DNA from: a virus
Lineage: Duplodnaviria; Caudoviricetes
IMG/VR virus record: IMGVR_UViG_3300037467_001267
Span: 1-64,000 of that record
Length of the DNA stretch: 64,000 nucleotides
Strand: one strand, 5' to 3'
The notes under the pieces were generated by a model. It had not been told where the DNA came from. It saw only the letters and a list, made by a program, of their open reading frames with translations, and did no database searches. Positions 60,374 through 64,000 of this stretch are shown here, one piece after another. Positions within the stretch are counted from its first letter, which is position 1, and the number at the start of each line of letters is the position of its first letter. The translations under genes and the position numbers were made by a program.

Positions 60374-62427
60374 TTAAGCTACCCAACGGGGCGATGCTGC
60401 TCGAGCACGCCCACGAACTGCCCGACTGGAGGGACTGCCGTGACCTGTTCCTGGACATCGAGTCCAAGCGCATCTACAAGGCCCACATCATCGAGGACGA
60501 CGACGGGGAGGAGACGGACCACAGCGGTCTCTACCCGTTTGGCGGCGATCGTATCGCGGGCATTGCGGCAGTACCAGACGACCACCCCACGCCCGTCTAC
60601 ATCGCCGTCCGCCACACGCCGATGTTCTCCCCGAACATCCCCGAGGAGAATGTGCGGCGGTGGCTCGACGACCACGTAGGCATGCGGGCTAAGCCCAAGC
60701 GGTGGAGCAACCATAACATCCTCATCGACGTTGCGTTCGTGGAGCACGAGGGCGTCACGGTCAACGTGGACCTGGACGACACGCTCACCCGGGCCAAGAT
60801 GTACGACTCGGACAGGATAGGGCACGGCCTGAAGTCCGTCGTGCCTGCCTGGGGTGGGCCACCGATGAGTGAAGAGCATCGCATCAAGGCTTACTTAAAG
60901 TCGATCAAGTCCAAGTCGTACGCGGACGTGCCCTGCGACCTCATGGGTCACTACGCGACGGACGACGTTCTGGGCAACCGCTGGCTCACCCGGTTTCTCG
61001 ACGCTAAGATGCCCGACATGCGGAACATCCCCCGCAACGAGCAACTCCTCACCCCCGTCCTGTACGACATGGAGCGGGAAGGTCTGCTGATCAACCGCAA
61101 GGAATGTAAGCGGGCTCTCGCCGAAGGCTACCGCGACCTGTTGTTGCTGGGCACCGAGATCGGCATGATCGCCGGGCGGGAGTTCACCAACTCCGCCGCG
61201 TGCCTGTACGACATCCTGACGAACCGCTTCGGCCTGCCCGTCCTAGTCACCAAATGGGAGAAGGACGAAGAGACCAAGAAGTACGTCGACACCGGGCGGG
61301 CCACGTACTCGAAAGACGCCCTCGGCATCTACGCACGCCATCCGCTGGTCCTGGCGGACGAGAACCTGGTCGAGCTGGTGGACCTGATCCTGAAGTACCG
61401 CAAGGTACAGCAGATGGTGAGTTTGTTTTACGAGCCGTTCCTGAAGCTCGCTGACGAACGGGAGTACATCCATCCGACGTACAACCAGCTGGTCCGGACG
61501 GGCCGCATGAGTTGTAAGCGACCCAACGCCCAACAGCAGACCAAGAAGTCCAAGCGGCTGATCAAGCCAGGCCCGGGGAGATGCTTTATCTCCTGCGACT
61601 ATTCGCAGATCGAGTTTAGACTTATAGTCCACTACATCGAGGACGTGAACGCCATTAGAGCTTATCAGGAAGATCCCTGGACGGACTTCCACCAGTGGGT
61701 CGCCGACATGATCGGCATCGGCCGCAAGCCAGCGAAGACGCTCAACTTCGGCATGGGCTACGGGGCGGGCCAAAAGAAGGTCACCAGCGAGCTGTCGAAG
61801 AACGAAGACATCATCGCTGACGTCGGTGAAGAGATCAACGCGATGGTGTTGGAAGGTAAGCTCGACCCGTCGAAGCGCAGCGAAATGTTTAACATCTTGT
61901 GCGAGGAGCGGGCGAGGGCGGCGTACAACACGTACCACGAGACCCTGCCCGGCATCAAGAAGACTTCTCGCGAGGCCGGAGCCTTCGCCAAGAGCCACGG
62001 CTACGTGCGGAACCTGCTGGGCCGCATCCGGCATCTCCCGCCCGAGCGGGCCCATATCGCCTTCAACACCGTCGTCCAGGGCTCCGCGATGGACTTCATC
62101 AAAGAGGCTATGATTAGGTTGGCCCCCCGCTACAACAAGCGGATGCGCGACTGGGACATCAAGATCGTAGCCAACGTCCATGACGAGGTGCTCTTCAACG
62201 CCCCGGTCGAGCTGATGCTGAACGAAGAGGTTCACAGCTACATCCTGGAGAACCTGGAGATGACGAGCGTGCCCCTCCTGGTGCCGTTGAAGTCGGGGCT
62301 CGGCGTGAGCGATCGCGATTGGGCGGAGGCCAGCGGCGACGAAGCCCGCTGGGCGGACGGCACGGTGTGCAAACCAAAGGACTACCGTGGAGACGACAGA
62401 CCTATCGCCGGGCGACTCGTTGGCTAA
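60370..62427 (+). CDS. Family A DNA polymerase with 3'-5' exonuclease
   Basis: ExoI LDIES, ExoII NHN..D, ExoIII YATDD; RTGRMSC..PNAQ; motif A DYSQIE, B KTLNFGMGYG, C VHDE. Confidence 0.95.
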   Translation: MIKLPNGAMLLEHAHELPDWRDCRDLFLDIESKRIYKAHIIEDDDGEETDHSGLYPFGGDRIAGIAAVPDDHPTPVYIAVRHTPMFSPNIPEENVRRWLDDHVGMRAKPKRWSNHNILIDVAFVEHEGVTVNVDLDDTLTRAKMYDSDRIGHGLKSVVPAWGGPPMSEEHRIKAYLKSIKSKSYADVPCDLMGHYATDDVLGNRWLTRFLDAKMPDMRNIPRNEQLLTPVLYDMEREGLLINRKECKRALAEGYRDLLLLGTEIGMIAGREFTNSAACLYDILTNRFGLPVLVTKWEKDEETKKYVDTGRATYSKDALGIYARHPLVLADENLVELVDLILKYRKVQQMVSLFYEPFLKLADEREYIHPTYNQLVRTGRMSCKRPNAQQQTKKSKRLIKPGPGRCFISCDYSQIEFRLIVHYIEDVNAIRAYQEDPWTDFHQWVADMIGIGRKPAKTLNFGMGYGAGQKKVTSELSKNEDIIADVGEEINAMVLEGKLDPSKRSEMFNILCEERARAAYNTYHETLPGIKKTSREAGAFAKSHGYVRNLLGRIRHLPPERAHIAFNTVVQGSAMDFIKEAMIRLAPRYNKRMRDWDIKIVANVHDEVLFNAPVELMLNEEVHSYILENLEMTSVPLLVPLKSGLGVSDRDWAEASGDEARWADGTVCKPKDYRGDDRPIAGRLVG

Positions 62428-62605
62428 GTTCGAAGGCATAATCAAAATCGAGGTAGACCTGGCCCAAGTTTCCGGCCAGAAGCAGTTAGAGCGTATTCGA
62501 CAGCTCGTGCTCTCCCTCCAGGAGAAGTACCCATACGGCTGGTCCGCGACTCGCTGGAGGGAGCGGGCCATTTACTCAAGGAACGACGCATATGGCAACG
62601 ATTGA
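62387..62605 (+). CDS. Hypothetical protein
   Basis: 72-aa ORF overlapping polymerase end. Confidence 0.4.
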   Translation: METTDLSPGDSLAKFEGIIKIEVDLAQVSGQKQLERIRQLVLSLQEKYPYGWSATRWRERAIYSRNDAYGND

Positions 62606-63143
62606 AGCATACGTGAAGCGGTGGTATGAGCGTATCGGTCATGATGGCGGATTGGTCATCAGGCCGATGCGGGGTGACGTCTATCAACTCTCGTGGAGGC
62701 CCAACTCGCTGGGTTGTACCAAAGAGATCCCGATTGGGGTGCCGAAGGTGTGCTTAGGGACTCCCCAGGGCATCGAGCGACATCTGGATTTGGTCTTGCC
62801 CGAGGTCCATCGGGCGATCAGCGAGGTGGGCGAGATTCTCCCCGGCGAGTCCGGCCACCTCGGGCCGTTCGGCAAGCTCGCCTACTCCCGCATCGACAAG
62901 CAGTGGGTGCCCTGCCACCTCCACGACGGTAAGTGGTCGGCCATCCCGCGTCCGCTGTTGCCGGGCGAGACCCGCTTCATCGAGCTGATGTCGAAGCTGG
63001 AGGGCATGACCAAGAACCAGCTCATGCGGCGGGCGGTTATGCTCGAAGCGGACTATGAGGGGATGTGCGGCAGAGAGGACGACTCCGACGACTTCAACCG
63101 GTTCGTGACCGACATCGTCATGAAGCTCTGGGAGGAGAAATGA
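62592..63143 (+). CDS. Hypothetical protein
   Basis: 183-aa coupled ORF. Confidence 0.55.
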   Translation: MATIEAYVKRWYERIGHDGGLVIRPMRGDVYQLSWRPNSLGCTKEIPIGVPKVCLGTPQGIERHLDLVLPEVHRAISEVGEILPGESGHLGPFGKLAYSRIDKQWVPCHLHDGKWSAIPRPLLPGETRFIELMSKLEGMTKNQLMRRAVMLEADYEGMCGREDDSDDFNRFVTDIVMKLWEEK

Positions 63144-63295
63144 AGATCAAGTTCGAACCCCGCGACTTGTGGATTAGGTTGTACTGGGATGCGACCTACG
63201 TCCAACCCGACTACACCAAGACGCGGACGATCAAGTGGTATCTGTGCCTGGTGCCTTGCTTCCCGATCTGCTGGGAGACGAAGAGGACGTTGTGA
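63140..63295 (+). CDS. Small hypothetical protein
   Basis: GGAGG RBS; KFEPRDLWIRLYW..WYLCLVPCFPI pattern. Confidence 0.55.
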   Translation: MKIKFEPRDLWIRLYWDATYVQPDYTKTRTIKWYLCLVPCFPICWETKRTL

Positions 63296-63726
63296 TGTCC
63301 GAACGCTACAAGACCTTCATGCGGCAGCTCCTGGAGCTCTACCTCATCCTGGAGACCGAGGGTGAATGCGCCAAGGCGGACAACGTCCGCGAGGCCAGCG
63401 AGCCGCATTGGTATGCGATGACGGAGCAGGAACAAGCCCGTGCGAGGGCCTGGTCCTCGTTGTTCCAGAAGTTCGACGACTACCGTGCCGGCAAGGCGAT
63501 CCGCCGCCCGGCCAAATTCGTACGGGAGGATAAATGGTCACAGGCCACAAGCTCGACATGTTGCGCAAGCTCTCCGGAAACTTGCCCCAATACCTCTACA
63601 TCACCGAATACTCCTACTGGGATGACCTTGGACTGCTCGCCCCAAACTACGAGCGATGGGAGTACGATGGATGCCTCACAGCCAAGTACGGCATCGAACG
63701 ACGAGTCAGACCGCGAGGCAAAGTAG
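63295..63726 (+). CDS. Hypothetical protein (3' part overlaps next ORF)
   Basis: ATG overlapping upstream stop; first ~80 aa look coding. Confidence 0.4.
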   Translation: MSERYKTFMRQLLELYLILETEGECAKADNVREASEPHWYAMTEQEQARARAWSSLFQKFDDYRAGKAIRRPAKFVREDKWSQATSSTCCASSPETCPNTSTSPNTPTGMTLDCSPQTTSDGSTMDASQPSTASNDESDREAK

Positions 63727-63794
63727 TCGAGCGGCAGCAGGTCTCGCTGCTTCGCGATCCACACGCCATTACTCTTTGGGGATGCCCGTCATGA
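63534..63794 (+). CDS. Hypothetical protein
   Basis: GGAGG RBS upstream of ATG 63534. Confidence 0.5.
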   Translation: MVTGHKLDMLRKLSGNLPQYLYITEYSYWDDLGLLAPNYERWEYDGCLTAKYGIERRVRPRGKVVERQQVSLLRDPHAITLWGCPS

Positions 63795-64000
63795 TGAAAT
63801 GCGATAACTGCGGCCTGGACTGTTCCAACCCGATCGCGAACACCTTGGGTGTGGCGTGCTCCTACGGATGTTCTGCGGCCCTGGTCGGCAAGCATCCGGA
63901 GTTTGTAGCTTGCTGTCTCCGCTGCCACAAACCAGTTGGCGAGCATCCGATACGACACGGCCAGCGAGGTTGGTGTTGCTCTCCCGCGTGTGACTTCGAA
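63791..64000 (+). CDS. Cys-rich protein truncated by window end
   Basis: MMKCDNCGLDC..CLRCHKPVGEH..WCCSPAC, open to 64000. Confidence 0.5.
   Translation, partial: MMKCDNCGLDCSNPIANTLGVACSYGCSAALVGKHPEFVACCLRCHKPVGEHPIRHGQRGWCCSPACDFE

Noticed and set aside
1-64000. CRISPR array, integrase/att site, transposon, or diversity-generating retroelement
   Set aside because: No regularly spaced repeats, recombinase, transposase or reverse transcriptase recognised

Overview
The window is a ~64 kb segment, probably most of the genome, of a high-GC tailed dsDNA phage with a long non-contractile (siphovirus-type) tail. Essentially all credible genes lie on the + strand, and I see no integrase, repressor or CRISPR array. 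Layout: (i) 1-12.2 kb, a nucleotide/DNA-modification region with two radical SAM-SPASM/Twitch enzymes, an aGPT-Pplase1/5-hmdU-DNA-kinase-family protein, a SAM methyltransferase-like protein, a CE4-like deacetylase, a DxD glycosyltransferase, a class II ribonucleotide reductase, an NDT-MazG fusion, a J-domain/VRR-NUC fusion and two aberrant tRNA-like RNAs; (ii) 12.4-45.7 kb, packaging and virion genes, with an ~11 kb fibre/protease/lysis block between terminase and portal; (iii) 46-64 kb, early and replication genes (MoxR-VWA pair, SNF2 helicase, SSB-like protein, primase fused to an MCM-like helicase, NTP pyrophosphatase, a thymidylate-synthase homologue with the dCMP-type Asp, dNMP kinase, dCMP deaminase, family A DNA polymerase). 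Best candidates for new biology are a cytosine-directed (or cytosine-derived) DNA hypermodification pathway combining kinase, sugar-transfer and radical chemistry, and two tRNA mimics carrying structured insertions in the anticodon arm and D-loop. All family assignments are from motif recognition by eye; no database search was run.
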